Shown: positions 1-12,427, counted from the first letter of the stretch. The stretch is 37,116 nucleotides of DNA from Octopus bimaculoides (GCF_001194135.2 NC_068985.1:82795202-82832317); one strand, 5' to 3'. A program made the numbers and translations. The notes: a model not told the origin generated them from the letters alone.

Positions 1-40
<40 letters not shown>

Positions 41-77
41 CACATGCATACGTGTGTGTGTGTGTGTGTGTCTATGC

Positions 78-225
78 AAACTCCTGTATGTCGATGACCT
101 AGTTCTCATAGATGAATCTGTCAAAGAGTCAGAAAAGAAATTCGAAATGAGAAAGCGAAAGCAAGAATCATGAGGTCTTATTGAGATGACAAAAGACTGC
201 AACGTGAGGTGAGATGCTGTACTGA
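78..225 (+). mobile_element. RTE-clade LINE remnant: RT motif fragment joined to a 3'-end-like tail
   Basis: From 81 it translates as LLYVDDLVLIDESVKESEKKF, matching the RTE RT motif LLYADDLxLIAES..ELExKF. A stop follows shortly, then atgacaaaagactgcaacgtgagg, which resembles RTE 3' ends. Confidence 0.6.
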
Positions 226-939
226 CGAAAACACATCCAACTCATGCAAATATAGATAAACAGTTACAAAATAATGATGTTGCTGCTGATGATGATGACA
301 AAGCAGTGATGTTAAGAAATAAGTAATAAATAAAACGGTATTCATGATAAATTCTCCAAAGGAAACAAACTCTGATTATCTGAATTCATTGAGATTTATA
401 GCTACAAACAAAACTAATCTATATATTTTAATGTGAGACAAATGCTAAATAAATTGGATAATTGACAAAACTTTCCCTAGTTTACTGCCTTGGGTTCAAA
501 TCCTTCCATGGCTGAATTAGCTTTAAACACCCTTGAGGATTGAAAAGATAAATAATACATAGAAACAATATGTAGGCAACAACCTGATTATATCAAGGGT
601 CTTTTAATTTCTAGGTCACTTGTAAGTGATGTTATTGGCATGTTGCCATTGTTCTATCTCAGTTGATGTTTATTTCATATATATATATTTCATATATATA
701 TGTACGTATGCATTTCAGTATGTGTTCACTCTCTCTCTCTCTTTATATATATATGTATGTGTGTGTGTATGGGCGTATAATTTATAATGTATATACAAAG
801 AGAGAACAGTGCTAATTGTAACATTTTGTTTCAGAAATATTACAAAATATTACAGCTAACACCAAACTATGCCTGTATATACATTATAAATGATATACAC
901 ATAAGTATTCTAGTATAATTATGTGTTCATGCATTAGTA

Positions 940-1210
940 GCAGAGTTTAGTGATGAATTTAGTGTGCAAGTAGGTGTTCATCAGGACTCTGTTCTCAACC
1001 ATGTCTTTTTTCTACAAGCCATAAGGAAGAGTTTAAGACCAACTGTCCAAGGGAACTTTTTTATGTTGATTCCATAGTTTATAGAGCTGTATCTACTAAA
1101 GGATTATGCAAGAATCTCCCAATTATGAAAAAGAAAGCCTAACCTAGAATGAAATGGCCTTATTGTAAACCAAGCAAATATAAAAGTTTTTGTTTGCAGG
1201 AAATGATACA
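940..1210 (+). mobile_element. Degraded RTE-clade LINE reverse transcriptase fragment
   Basis: Reads DEFSVQVGVHQDSVLN, then EEFKTNCPREL, then (frameshift) YVD. This matches the RTE RT region FxVxVGVHQGSVLSP...GCPWELLYADD, with frameshifts. Confidence 0.75.
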
Positions 1211-1832
1211 TAGTTTTAGATTGGAATTACTTGTAGTGTACCCACTATATACCGTGGCATACCCCCTATATATATATATATATATATACCATGCTACCTA
1301 TTTTCATTTAGATTAACTGCAAAAAGTAGGAATCATCTTGAGTTATTCTCTAACAGTTTTAGTTTAGATTGAGTTTATGAAAAGTGATTCTGAATTGCAT
1401 CAGATGTTACAATGGAACTATAACAACCTCTGCTCCTCAGAGCTGACTGACCTCATACCATCTCCAGTCAAGCATTCCCAATCCACTAATCTTTCTACAA
1501 CTCATCAGTCTTGTTGTGTCCATAGTTGCTCATAGGTCCTGCACTAATTACTATGTCTATTCCTCCTCTCTTAGAATGTCAGCCTTCAGGAATTCTTTCT
1601 TTGCCCATGTCTTTCTTATTGGTGTTCAGTTGTAAGGGTTTAAGTGGAACATTGAAGTCATCAGTATCACTAGTCTAAGAGGGTCTTCAAATCCTTGGAC
1701 ACAGCTCCTGCCTCTAAACCCATTAAATTACATATATACAATGTGTCACAGAATCACCTATCTATTTCAATGAAATTGGGCAAATAAAAAAAAGATTGAC
1801 AGAATTTTATGTTTATTACTTAATTATGATAC

Positions 1833-1951
1833 CAAAAAATCAAAACTTCATTGAAAATTTTCAAGATGTGCTCCTTGCAAACTTCAGATCTATCCTTAGT
1901 GTTGTGAAAGACATTTTGAAGTATTTCAGGAGTTTTATCATGCTCTGCTAA
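1833..1951 (-). CDS. Candidate internal exon of unidentified minus-strand gene
   Basis: Acceptor cttaacacattcag, then LAEHDKTPEILQNVFHNTKDRSEVCKEHILKIFNEVLIF plus TG, then donor gtatca (phase 0 to 2). No homologue recognised. Confidence 0.3.
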
Positions 1952-2288
1952 CTGAATGTGTTAAGTTCAGCTAAACTACTGCTCCATCCTTGGGTTGAAG
2001 GTAGAGAAAATGATTGCAGCCAAATTGAAAAAATACTTCATGGACAGATAAGCTGGATCCAACAGGAATGAAAATAAAATTATTAAAAAAATTATAAGAA
2101 TTATAAAATTAGAAACAAGATTAAAAATTTATACACTTTTAACACATATTAAACATGATAAGCGGAAATAAAAGTGACATGTATACATTTCACTACAATA
2201 ATATAATATAAATGCAAGTGACCAAGAAAGAAACAGACTAGAAAACTCTAATAGATATTTATAATACTGTTGAATCTTTAATCCTAAC

Positions 2289-2390
2289 CTTCTGAAAGTA
2301 TCCATTTTAAATTGTTTTAACAGAAATGTAATTAGATCAACACCAATTTGGCCAATGCTGTCTAACCAACTGCTTAATCTTTTATGAACC
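2289..2390 (-). CDS. Candidate internal exon (102 nt, phase 2 to 2)
   Basis: Strong acceptor gtttttgttgcatttcag|G. Single open frame VHKRLSSWLDSIGQIGVDLITFLLKQFKMDTFR. Donor AG|gttagg. The other two frames stop at once. Confidence 0.5.
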
Positions 2391-3772
2391 CTGAAATGCA
2401 ACAAAAACCATCATTGTACACAAAGAATGCTGTGACCTGAATTTCACACGTTTTTCAGCAACATTATTTCCAGGTATTACAGAACAGAATTCCGATATCA
2501 AACCAAAATAAATCTCTTTAACATAAATTTCTATCAAAGTAGAATCAGCAGACACCTCCAGCCTCAACTGTCTCCCTTCATATATGATTACTTTCCCAGT
2601 CTACCTACACAATACCTAATGATTATTCATGCAGTTTTATCCAATCACCCGACCAACAAATTGCTAAAGATTACATAAAGTCAGAAAGAAATCAAGAAAA
2701 TTAGTTTAAAGTTACTGTCAACCTTTACTTTTGAAAATTTTAATAAATAGGCACTCTACTAAACAGTATAAAGTGATCCCTCAATTTAATGTTAAAATAT
2801 ATTTTGTAACTTGACATAAAAGCAAACAGTAAAATATGTATTGTGTATTTTATGTATACAAACGCACACACACACACACACACACACACATACATGTATT
2901 TGTGTGATGGCATTTCGTATCTGAGAGGACACCATGTCTACATATTTGTGTGTATAAATATATATATATATATATATATATTTCGTTTTGAGATTTGGTT
3001 TGCAAGACTATTGAAAAGGTTGCAAGATGCAACGAAAATTTTAGGAAAATAAAAATAAGAAATAAGTGGAAATTTTACCGGTGAGTGTGTTAAATTTTAA
3101 GGCACAATAAGAAAATGACTCTCCCCAGACACAACAGAATATATATATATATATAGTTATGCAAGAAGATTGTTGTTAGTGACTTCGAATGTTTTGGTCA
3201 GCGAAGCCATCATTGAGTGCAATTTGACAATGACTTAACTGGACAAAGCTTCGAAGTCACTATCAACGACATTTATAAAAATAATAAATTTGTACTCTAC
3301 ATAAGTCTAGAGTAACCCCTCAGATTAATGTAAAATTGTTTTTATTATAAGTAAACATAAAAACAAACATTAATATATATATATGTATGTAACTCTGTAT
3401 GTGTGTGTGCATGTGTGCACATGTGTGTGTGCATGCATGCATATGTATGGGTGTTTAGTGTAGTAAAAAGAGTAATTTAATGCTGGTTTATCATTCAGAA
3501 GTTATCCACTAGAAATTTTGCATCTACCACTTCAGTTATTATTTCTCTGATTGTCTGTAGAAGAACAGCAAATGTGATGACAAGAGGATGATTGCTGGAA
3601 GTTTGTCGATTGGTGTAGAAAAATGGGAGAGAGAGAGAGTGTGTGTCTTTTACAGAACTGCTCTTTGAAAACTACTTCTGAATTTATTCTTCTTGAATAG
3701 ATATTAACTTATTTAAATATGCATACTTATACATACATAAATACATACAAATATGAAGAAGGCAGAAAATAG

Positions 3773-3830
3773 AGAAATATCGATGAACAACAATTGACTT
3801 GAAAGTCAATTATTGTTCATCGATATTTCT
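3773..3830. repeat. Near-perfect palindrome, 28-bp arms with 2-nt loop
   Basis: agaaatatcgatgaacaacaattgactt / ga / aagtcaattattgttcatcgatatttct, one mismatch. Imperfect pairing extends to about 3757-3847. Confidence 0.95.
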
Positions 3831-4228
3831 TAATTTTGTACCTTCTTTAAATTTTGATTCTTGATAAACTCATGTTTATCCACGTCTTTACCTATAATTT
3901 ATGAGCATAATATGCCCATGGTTAAACATAGGTAATATACCGGTAGTATAATGGATACCTCTATCTCTTAGATGGTTATTTTAATCTCTAACTCAGTTAA
4001 CCTTTGATGTACATACAAATATATAAACATACACAACTAGGCATCCTCATAAAAACACTTAAATGATATACAGCTATAAATACATGTGTCTACATATGCG
4101 TTTGTTTGAATGTGAGTAGGAATGTTTATGCATAAATATCATAACTGTTATTCATATATTACACACATGCACAGACACAGACAAATATATGTATGTGTAT
4201 TTGTACATGTGCACAAAGATGTGTGTAC

Positions 4229-4262
<34 letters not shown>

Positions 4263-5085
4263 GCTTGTGAGTGTGCATATGTGTGTATGCATGTATGTAT
4301 ATATGTATGCTCTTTCAATAAAGTAGATTATTTGATTAGAGATAAATACTGTGCATGAGTGTGAAGTAGGAAATATGTCTTAAGGTTCCTATTTATTTCA
4401 AAATTATCCTGATAACAACAATGATGATGATGATGATGATGGCAGTGGTGGTGGCAATGCTGAGGATCACCATCATCATCGGCATCATCAAATCATCAAG
4501 AAGAAGAAAAAAACTAAACAATATAAAAACAGTAAAAAGTGAAGGCATGTTAAAAATAGACATTCCGTGTTATTTTTTATACCAAATTTTTTTAAATATA
4601 TCAATGTGTGGGTGGAGAGGGGTAAAAGAACAAAACAGAAAAAAAATTTTAAATATGTACAAAAATACACAAAATATTTTTATATTTCCCAACTGAACTC
4701 TATTTGTTGCTGCTGGATTCTTCTTTCCCCATTTTTTTTTTGCCAATTTTTTTGTGCATTTTTTTTCATGCGTTTGTTTTCCTTATGTTTTTTGTTGTTT
4801 TTAACTTCCCCAACCCATTGATTTTGCTGTGTTTGCAAGTTTATCAGTCTGTAGAACATATTTCTAGATGCCCATTAAGGAATAAGATAATTAGGTTTAT
4901 CACTCCAACCATCTCACATTCTCCTAGCTATTTTGTTGTTTTATATTGTAGTAAGTTTTGTTGTTATTGCATAATATACAAGGCTATATATGTGTGTGTG
5001 TGTGTGTATATATATGTATTCAAATATACATATATATATATATATAGATATACACATACACACACACACACATATATATGTATAC

Positions 5086-5119
<34 letters not shown>

Positions 5120-5199
5120 CTATCTATCTATCTATATATATGTAAAATATATGAGTGTGTGCGTACCTATATATATATTCTCTAAATTATTATCATAGT

Positions 5200-6300
5200 T
5201 TGACCATTCATTCACGTTTGCTACTTTACTTCCAGCTCTTCTTTTGATATTTATTGCTCCTGTTGTTGTTTATGTTGATCTCCCTGTTTTACATCATGTA
5301 GACCCAAGCCCAAATTATGGGATCTGAGGAACTTTAAGGAAAGTCTCACTTTGATTGATGTCACTCCCTAGAGTATGCAGGCTGTTTTCATAAAGTTATC
5401 CTCCTTGAATGTAGAAATGTTGATGCTGCCTGGGATAGGATTGGTGAACTTTACTGTTTCTTCTTCATGTCTCCTTGAGTTCTGATAAGCACCCATATTA
5501 TTTTCAAACTTCCTACTTCACATTCCATTAATTTCAGTCTCCAGATATCTAATTGTCAGCCTAGCTTTCACTTTCACAAAGGTGTTTCTTTCAGTTGGTA
5601 TCACTATCTCAACATGTATATTTATACACATCTTGTTCTTTTTAGTCTTAGATAATGATGTCAGGCTTTTTAGTATTGATAACTTGATTGGTTTGGATGA
5701 GCAAATACCAGGGCATCATGACATCATTATTGTTAATGACTATGCTTAACTGACGACCATACCACTTCTCAGTTGTTTCAAACTTGCAACACTTGCATAT
5801 TTTACATTTCTGGTGCACTGGTGCCTTGTTGTACCTGTAGATATACTTAGTCTTTGCCTGTTCTTGGTATTCACAAGCAATATGGCTGATAGCTTTCTTG
5901 TACTTTCCATAGATCCTGTATTGTGCATCTGTGCTCTTGTTGGTGATAAAATCTGGATGCAAAATTCTGCTCTTGTACAGTAACTCTGAAGCCCTCCATT
6001 TATGCTCAGTTGTTCCATATCTGCCTTTTATTTTTAGGTATTTCCTGTGCATCATTTAGTCCTGTCTGGTTTTCTAACTTTTCTATGTTGTATAGTCTTC
6101 TGTTTCACTTATTTAGCTTAGATAGTAGTTACCTCGTTTTCTCTTAGTGGGGTCACTTCAAGTTCTGTCAACAATTGAGCAGTACCAGTCAAATACTGGG
6201 AGTCAATGACATCAACTGTCTCCCCTTCCCCTAAGAATCCCTGGCTTTTTGTCTATGTCAAGAAAATATTATTGCTGTGGTTCATGTTTATTTTTCTTGT
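5200..6300 (-). mobile_element. Degraded 3' part of an R4/Dong-type (restriction-like endonuclease) non-LTR retrotransposon
   Basis: ORF 5648-6055 gives a degenerate zinc-knuckle region (YRIYGKYKKAISHIACEYQEQAK), then EKWY, then PWYLLIQTNQVINTKKPDIII (consensus ILWDxxIQTDxxIxxxKPDIxI). Downstream there is a broken IQKITLxxTAxILR-like C-terminus. Multiple stops and frameshifts. Confidence 0.75.
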
Positions 6301-6619
6301 TTTATATATTATTATTCTCAATCATCAAGCGTTCTGTTTGACTTTACATATTTAAGTTTTCATTTGATAGTTATTCAATTTAATTTTCTTATTTTAGTTT
6401 TATGTTTCTTCTGAATATTTTTGCGACCATTATCATCTTTCTTTTATGAGTAAATGAGTACATGCTTATGTGCACATGTTTAAAGGCATGCCCCTCCCCA
6501 CAAACACATGCACATATAAACACATGCATACAAACACATGCATACATATATACACATGTACATATATATATGCGTGTGTGTTTCTCCCTACCCACTCCTG
6601 CAACCCAATCCAGTCCTCC

Positions 6620-7107
6620 CTACCCTGCCAACTGTATCATTGCTATCCTGTTGTTCCCCACTCTCTACACCCAGGTGTCACCAGATGATTTGACTGGAAC
6701 TGGCAAGCCAGAGAGCTACACTAGGCTGCAGTCTGTTTTGGCTTGGTTTCTGCTGCTGGATGCCCTTCCCAATGGCAACCACTCCATAAAGTATACAGGG
6801 TGTCTTTTATGTCTCACCAGCACAGGTACTTTTAACCTGTCACCAGCTCAGGTGCCTTTTACTTGTCACTGGTGCAGGTGCATTTCATGTGTTACTGGCA
6901 TGGGTGCCTTTCACATGTCACTGGTATGGCTGCCTTTTATGTGTCACCAACATAGGTGCCTTTTATGAGACACCGGTACAAGTGCCTTTCACATGTCACT
7001 GACACGGGTGCCTTTTGTCTGTCACCTGCATAGGCAACTTTTGTGTGTCACCAGCATGGGTGCCTTTGTGTGTCAATAGCCCAGTACCTTTTATGTGCCA
7101 CCGGCAG
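6620..7107 (-). mobile_element. SINE 3' half carrying an expanded internal ~26-bp minisatellite (~12 units, ~6794-7107)
   Basis: ctggatgcccttcccaatggcaaccactcc is the reverse complement of the SINE core at 30490-30520. Repeating unit resembles acgggtgccttttatgtgtcaccggc. Confidence 0.8.
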
Positions 7108-7124
7108 TTCTTCTAATTCATTAC

Positions 7125-7222
7125 TCTCCACCGGTTCTTTTTTCATCACCCTTGAAAGGTGGAAACAGGAAGCTGATGTCAGTGGAATGTGAAATCAGAG
7201 CCACCAAGAGACAGAACAAATC
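7125..7222 (-). CDS. Candidate internal exon (98 nt, phase 0 to 2)
   Basis: Acceptor tgtctcacag|G, then DLFCLLVALISHSTDISFLFPPFKGDEKRTGG, then GA|gtaatg. Phase-compatible with 7393 upstream and 2390 downstream. Alternative acceptor at 7284 and alternative donor at 7150. Confidence 0.4.
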
Positions 7223-7392
7223 CTGTGAGACACTTGATCTGTCGCTTGGCTTATTATCCACCAATAGATTACTCAAATATATAACTGCAAATATATAAAC
7301 AAGGTAAACTATCACTACTGTCTATTTCAAGCTACCTGGTAAACCATTATATTTAAATCAATCTAATGAAAGAGATGTGTATCTGAAGTTAC

Positions 7393-7479
7393 CTGGATCA
7401 GATTCATGTGCCTCTCATCAAAACAGCCTAAAGATATTAGCATGTCCAGCCAGCATGAGATTGATGATGAATTATATGA
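7393..7479 (-). CDS. Candidate internal exon (87 nt, or 35 nt from an acceptor at 7427)
   Basis: Reads SYNSSSISCWLDMLISLGCFDERHMNLIQ and ends at a strong CAG|gtaact donor. Acceptors ttactacag or gctaatatctttag. Confidence 0.4.
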
Positions 7480-7732
7480 CTGTAGTAATATGTGTGTGTA
7501 GGTGCATTTGTTATACTTACATGGAATGTAATTCAATAAACAAGTCTAAATGGTTTTATACTGGCTGATTTAGCAAGTAATTATTCAACAAGGGAAGACA
7601 ATTGTGCCAGTGAAAGACCATTGGCTATGGAATTAAATACCATTGAATTTCACATAGTTATCCACCTTTTCATTGTTGGGCCCTATTTCTTTCAGTTTGT
7701 CATTAATATATATATATAAATTTATGCATATA

Positions 7733-8130
7733 TGGTGTCTGTGTGGTAAGAAGCTTACTTCCCAACCACATGGTTCCAGGTTCAGTCCCACTGTGTGTCA
7801 CATTGGGAAGGTATCTCCTGCTCTAGTCATGGGCTAACCAAAGCTTTGAGAGTGGATTTAGTATACAGAAACTGAAAGAAACCCATTGCACGCACACATG
7901 TATGTGTATATATATGTGTGTGTGTGTGTTTGTCCCCAACCACCACTTGACAACCGGTGTTTGTGTGTTTAAATCCCTGTAATGTAGTGATTCAATGAAA
8001 AAGAGACCAATAGAATAAGCACTAGGTTTAAAAAATGTCCTGGGGCCAATTTGTTAGACTAAAACCCTTCAAGGTGGTGCTTCTGCATGGCCACAGTCAT
8101 ATTATTAAAACAAGCAAAAAGTAAAAGATA
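7733..8130 (+). mobile_element. tRNA-head SINE, near full length, with internal (TG)n
   Basis: tgtgtggtaagaagcttacttcccaaccacatggttccaggttcagtccc carries A-box and B-box-like motifs. A reverse-complement copy lies at about 36450-36860. Confidence 0.8.
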
Positions 8131-8158
8131 TGATGGCAGTCTCATAATACCTGAAGAT

Positions 8159-8290
8159 CATGAGAAAGAGCAGTTCACTCACCCTCAAGTGGTTATGAAG
8201 AACATGAGCAAGAGCAGCTCACTCACCCTTAAGTGGTTATGAAGAACATGAAGAAGAGCAGTTCACTCACCCTCAAGTGGTTATGTAAAC
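8159..8290. repeat. 44-bp minisatellite, 3 copies
   Basis: Unit catgagaaagagcagttcactcaccctcaagtggttatgaagaa starts at 8159, 8203 and 8247, with few substitutions. Confidence 0.95.
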
Positions 8291-8339
8291 TGGTGTTTGA
8301 TGCTGTATGGTTTTTCTTCCTGCCTGCAGTCAAAATTTC

Positions 8340-8420
8340 TAACTCTATAGCATTCAAACAGGCCATATCCAGCCCAAATATTTTATCTGCTTTGTATTCA
8401 AACTGGCTAAATCTGTCCTA
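8340..8420 (+). mobile_element. Degraded end of a TTAA-CCC (piggyBac-type) MITE
   Basis: taactctatagcattcaaacaggccatatccagcccaaat resembles ttaaccctttagcatttaaaccaaccatatgcagcccaaa at 19761. Confidence 0.55.
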
Positions 8421-8593
8421 CAATGTCATTCTAAACATAAACAATCATACCATCCAAATCTTGAAGCTATACACTAATGTATAATGGTCTCAAAGCAATG
8501 TGGGTAATGTCAAGTTTTGTAATTTGCTTATTTCATAAGCCCAGGTATAGGAACAAGGATCAAATAGCCATAAACTGCGAATTTCTATCTCAC

Positions 8594-8653
8594 TGTAGTG
8601 GAAACAACCAAAAGCAGAATATATGAGAAGGAGTAGCAACATCAGCCGTGATC
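8594..8653 (-). CDS. Candidate internal exon (60 nt)
   Basis: ccatcaccatag|G to CA|gtgaga. The phase 2 to 2 frame ITADVATPSHIFCFWLFPL joins exon 11149 as TG+G=W. A second frame (SRLMLLLLLIYSAFGCFHY) is also open. Confidence 0.35.
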
Positions 8654-9124
8654 CTATGGTGATGGAATCAATTGTGTGTCCCCGTTTATTTTAATTGCAA
8701 TATATAGAAAAAACCCAGACAAGTTCACATAAAACTCATGCATGTCATATGACTGGTGGTTATTAATTACTAGCTGACCATGTGCCATCATTAATGACAG
8801 CTAATTGTAGTATTTTATACATAAATAACATACATAATAATCACACATACAAACATTCACATACTTCCCTAGTACATGCACACACATACTCACAAAGAGT
8901 TGAAACGCTGACATTTTTTCACCACTTCCTTTCTCTCACTGTTATTACTTTCTCTCACTCCCTCTCGGTCTGGATTTCTCTCACTACTTCTCCTTCACTG
9001 AATTACCATTTTCTCTTCTTCTTCGTGTTCAGTGATATTCTGGACAAATATATATACAAATATATAAAAACACTATGCTCATTATATTAGGAGATTTAAA
9101 CAAATGTACAGCATTTGTTTTATA

Positions 9125-9199
9125 TTCATTAAGAGCCCAACACATGACAAATAAATAAGTATTGCAGTTGACAGTGTAATCTGAATGCTAAAGGGTTAA
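9125..9199 (-). mobile_element. TTAA-CCC MITE terminus
   Basis: The reverse complement reads ttaaccctttagcattcagattacac, the same terminus as at 19761. Confidence 0.65.
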
Positions 9200-10205
9200 A
9201 GTGAGAGACAGTCTGCACACTCTGCTTCCGCTCTTTAGACTTTGAGGACTGACCACAGTGGGTCATTGGGCTAAGACAGCTGTGGTGACCAGCAAGCTGT
9301 GGGATTTTACATTGGAGTTTCCTTCTTCTAGGTAAATAATTTTGAAAAACCAATTTTGGATACTACTGTATTTTACTCACAAGGTATTGGAATCTTATAT
9401 GTATACAATTCTGCTTAAATAATGGATCTACAAATCTCTGCATATCTCACATCAATTGTCATTCCTCCACTTCATTCTCTATTTCGTATCTTATCTAAAG
9501 TAACTATTGCTTAACCATTTTCTCACACCATCTCCAATGAAGGGAAATAATAAATATCCTGGAAACAGCTGTAAGACCTTCTATTCATAAATGTTCTAAA
9601 ATCTTCACAGCCTTTGTTTTGTACCTCATTCTGAAAAAAAAAATTTTGTATATACATGCTGATATATGACCTATGTTGGACTCCTTATTCGCAAAATCAC
9701 CGAATCTGGAGCTTATGGATATGGTCTATCCATAGCACTTGCTCAGCATTACCTGACACCTTTGAGTCTTACTGACACCTCTGGGTCTTACTGACACCAT
9801 TACCTATCATATATATATATATATATANNNNNNNNNNNNNNNNNNNNNNNNNNNNNNNNNNNNNNNNNNNNNNNNNNNNNNNNNNNNNNNNNNNNNNNNN
9901 NNNNNNNNNNNNNNNNNNNNNNNNNNNNNNNNNNNNNNNNNNNNNNNNNNNNNNNNNNNNNNNNNNNNNNNNNNNNNNNNNNNNNNNNNNNNNNNNNNNN
10001 NNNNNNNNNNNNNNNNNNNNNNNNNNNNNNNNNNNNNNNNNNNNNNNNNNNNNNNNNNNNNNNNNNNNNNNNNNNNNNNNNNNNNNNNNNNNNNNNNNNN
10101 NNNNNNNNNNNNNNNNNNNNNNNNNNNNNNNNNNNNNNNNNNNNNNNNNNNNNNNNNNNNNNNNNNNNACATACATAATACAAACAAGGAACAAGATGAT
10201 CTTTG

Positions 10206-10257
<52 letters not shown>

Positions 10258-10671
10258 ACTCTTATGTATGTGTACATAATGCAAGAGAAGCAGACACCTG
10301 CAGATATTCTCATCACCAACAGATGTATAATGTATGAATGTTAGAAGAAAAAGTAATTAAAATTTATCAGGTATATTGCAAAATGTCCTCCACAATCTAG
10401 TCTTGTTTTCAGCAAGTACGGTGAAAGTTTGCTGTATAGTGGGTTTGTTTGGTTTCAGATATATGCGATGCTTTCAACGACATTGCTGTTGTTCTTCAGT
10501 TTGTCTATCCTAATGCATTTTAGTGTACGTAGACACAAACACAACAGCACATGCAGACCTACTTACATGCTTACTAATACACATCTAGACGTGCCCAAAG
10601 CTATTTACACAAACCACACACTTTTATATATAATACATATGTTAAGTATTGATATGAACGTAGATACTAAT

Positions 10672-10715
<44 letters not shown>

Positions 10716-10740
10716 GCATATACACCTATCTATTTGTGTG

Positions 10741-10815
<75 letters not shown>

Positions 10816-11148
10816 CCACACATTGCATCCATACATATACGTGCCTTGTTCACTTGAGAGGAATAGACTGGCAAGTTAGTGATAACTGTAAATTTTGCTT
10901 ATATACATGAATATATACATAAATGCATATATGTGCACAATGCACGCAGACACAGAACCACATACTCATAAACGCATGCACACATACATGTACATATAAT
11001 AAACTCATAATATACTCACATACATACATACATACGCACACATACATGTATACATACAGAATCTGCCAAAAGATTAGCATATGGGAGGCTAAGTTATATT
11101 TGTCATTTAAGTACCTATACCCAGTACATCTATAGCTGTATTGTTTAC

Positions 11149-11295
11149 CAAGCAATATTATCAACCTGCTGCAATGTCTGATCAATATACCATAATTTAC
11201 GGCATGATTCAATACGTTTCATGGCTATTTGCACAAAGATGTATTCTCCATCTGATATCCACTCTATTAGCTGTTGGCTTAGCAAATGAATGGCT
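11149..11295 (-). CDS. Candidate internal exon (147 nt, phase 2 to 2)
   Basis: Acceptor ctgtttgtttactatcag|A, then AIHLLSQQLIEWISDGEYIFVQIAMKRIESCRKLWYIDQTLQQVDNIA, then TG|gtaaac. It is a unique island between microsatellites. Confidence 0.5.
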
Positions 11296-12019
11296 CTGAT
11301 AGTAAACAAACAGTATATTTATTGAAAGTTCCCGAAGGACATAAATAAATATATAAATACATAATGAATTATATATGTNNNNNNNNNNNNNNNNNNNNNN
11401 NNNNNNNNNNNNNNNNNNNNNNNNNNNNNNNNNNNNNNNNNNNNNNNNNNNNNNNNNNNNNNNNNNNNNNNNNNNNNNNNNNNNNNNNNNNNNNNNNNNN
11501 NNNNNNNNNNNNNNNNNNNNNNNNNNNNNNNNNNNNNNNNNNNNNNNNNNNNNNNNNNNNNNNNNNNNNNNNNNNNNNNNNNNNNNNNNNNNNNNNNNNN
11601 NNNNNNNNNNNNNNNNNNNNNNNNNNNNNNNNNNNNNNNNNNNNNNNNNNNNNNTATATATATATATATGTATGCATCTATGGATATACACAAACATGCC
11701 TCACCCAAATGTATATTATGCTTCTAGATATGTGCGTGCATGCTTGTACATGTGCGTATGTGAATGGTTTGTGTTGAAAAGAAAGGAATTGAAGAATTAT
11801 AACAACAAAGCTAGAAAACATACCAATAACAGAAACAATGACAACAACAGCAACATTAACAACAACAACACCGGCAATATTAACAACAACAGCAACATCA
11901 GCAGCAAGCCTATCAATCAACAGAAAATGCAAAAGCAGCAACAGGGAGTGGATGTGAGGTTTCATAAATAGAAGGCACCGTAGAAAGTGAGACATTCATA
12001 GCTATTGATGTTTTTTCTC

Positions 12020-12058
<39 letters not shown>

Positions 12059-12065
12059 TGATATA

Positions 12066-12116
<51 letters not shown>

Positions 12117-12325
12117 NNNNNNNNNNNNNNNNNNNNNNNNNNNNNNNNNNNNNNNNNNNNNNNNNNNNNNNNNNNNNNNNNNNNNNNNNNNNNNNNNNNN
12201 NNNNNNNNNNNNNNNNNNNNNNNNNNNNNNNNNNNNNNNNNNNNNNNNNNNNNNNNNNNNNNNNNNNNNNNNNNNNNNNNNNNNNNNNNNNNNNNNNNNN
12301 NNNNNNNNNNNNNNNNNNNNNNNNG

Positions 12326-12362
<37 letters not shown>

Positions 12363-12427
12363 TATATACTATATATATAAATTTTTGCATGTGTATGTAT
12401 GTTTATATATGATATATATATATTTAG

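Noticed and set aside
1460-1640. Possible RTE 3' end on the minus strand
   Set aside because: Only an RKTW-like motif resembles the consensus, which is too little to call.
2382-2600. Open frame TGKVIIYEGRQLRLEV...KFR as an exon
   Set aside because: It needs a 46-nt intron with a weak gtcaca donor, and its length is within chance expectation.
7733-7800. tRNA gene
   Set aside because: A-box and B-box-like motifs are present, but they continue into SINE body sequence in several copies and no cloverleaf closes.
8159-8290. Possible CRISPR-like array
   Set aside because: The units are contiguous with no unique spacers, and the context is eukaryotic with no cas genes.
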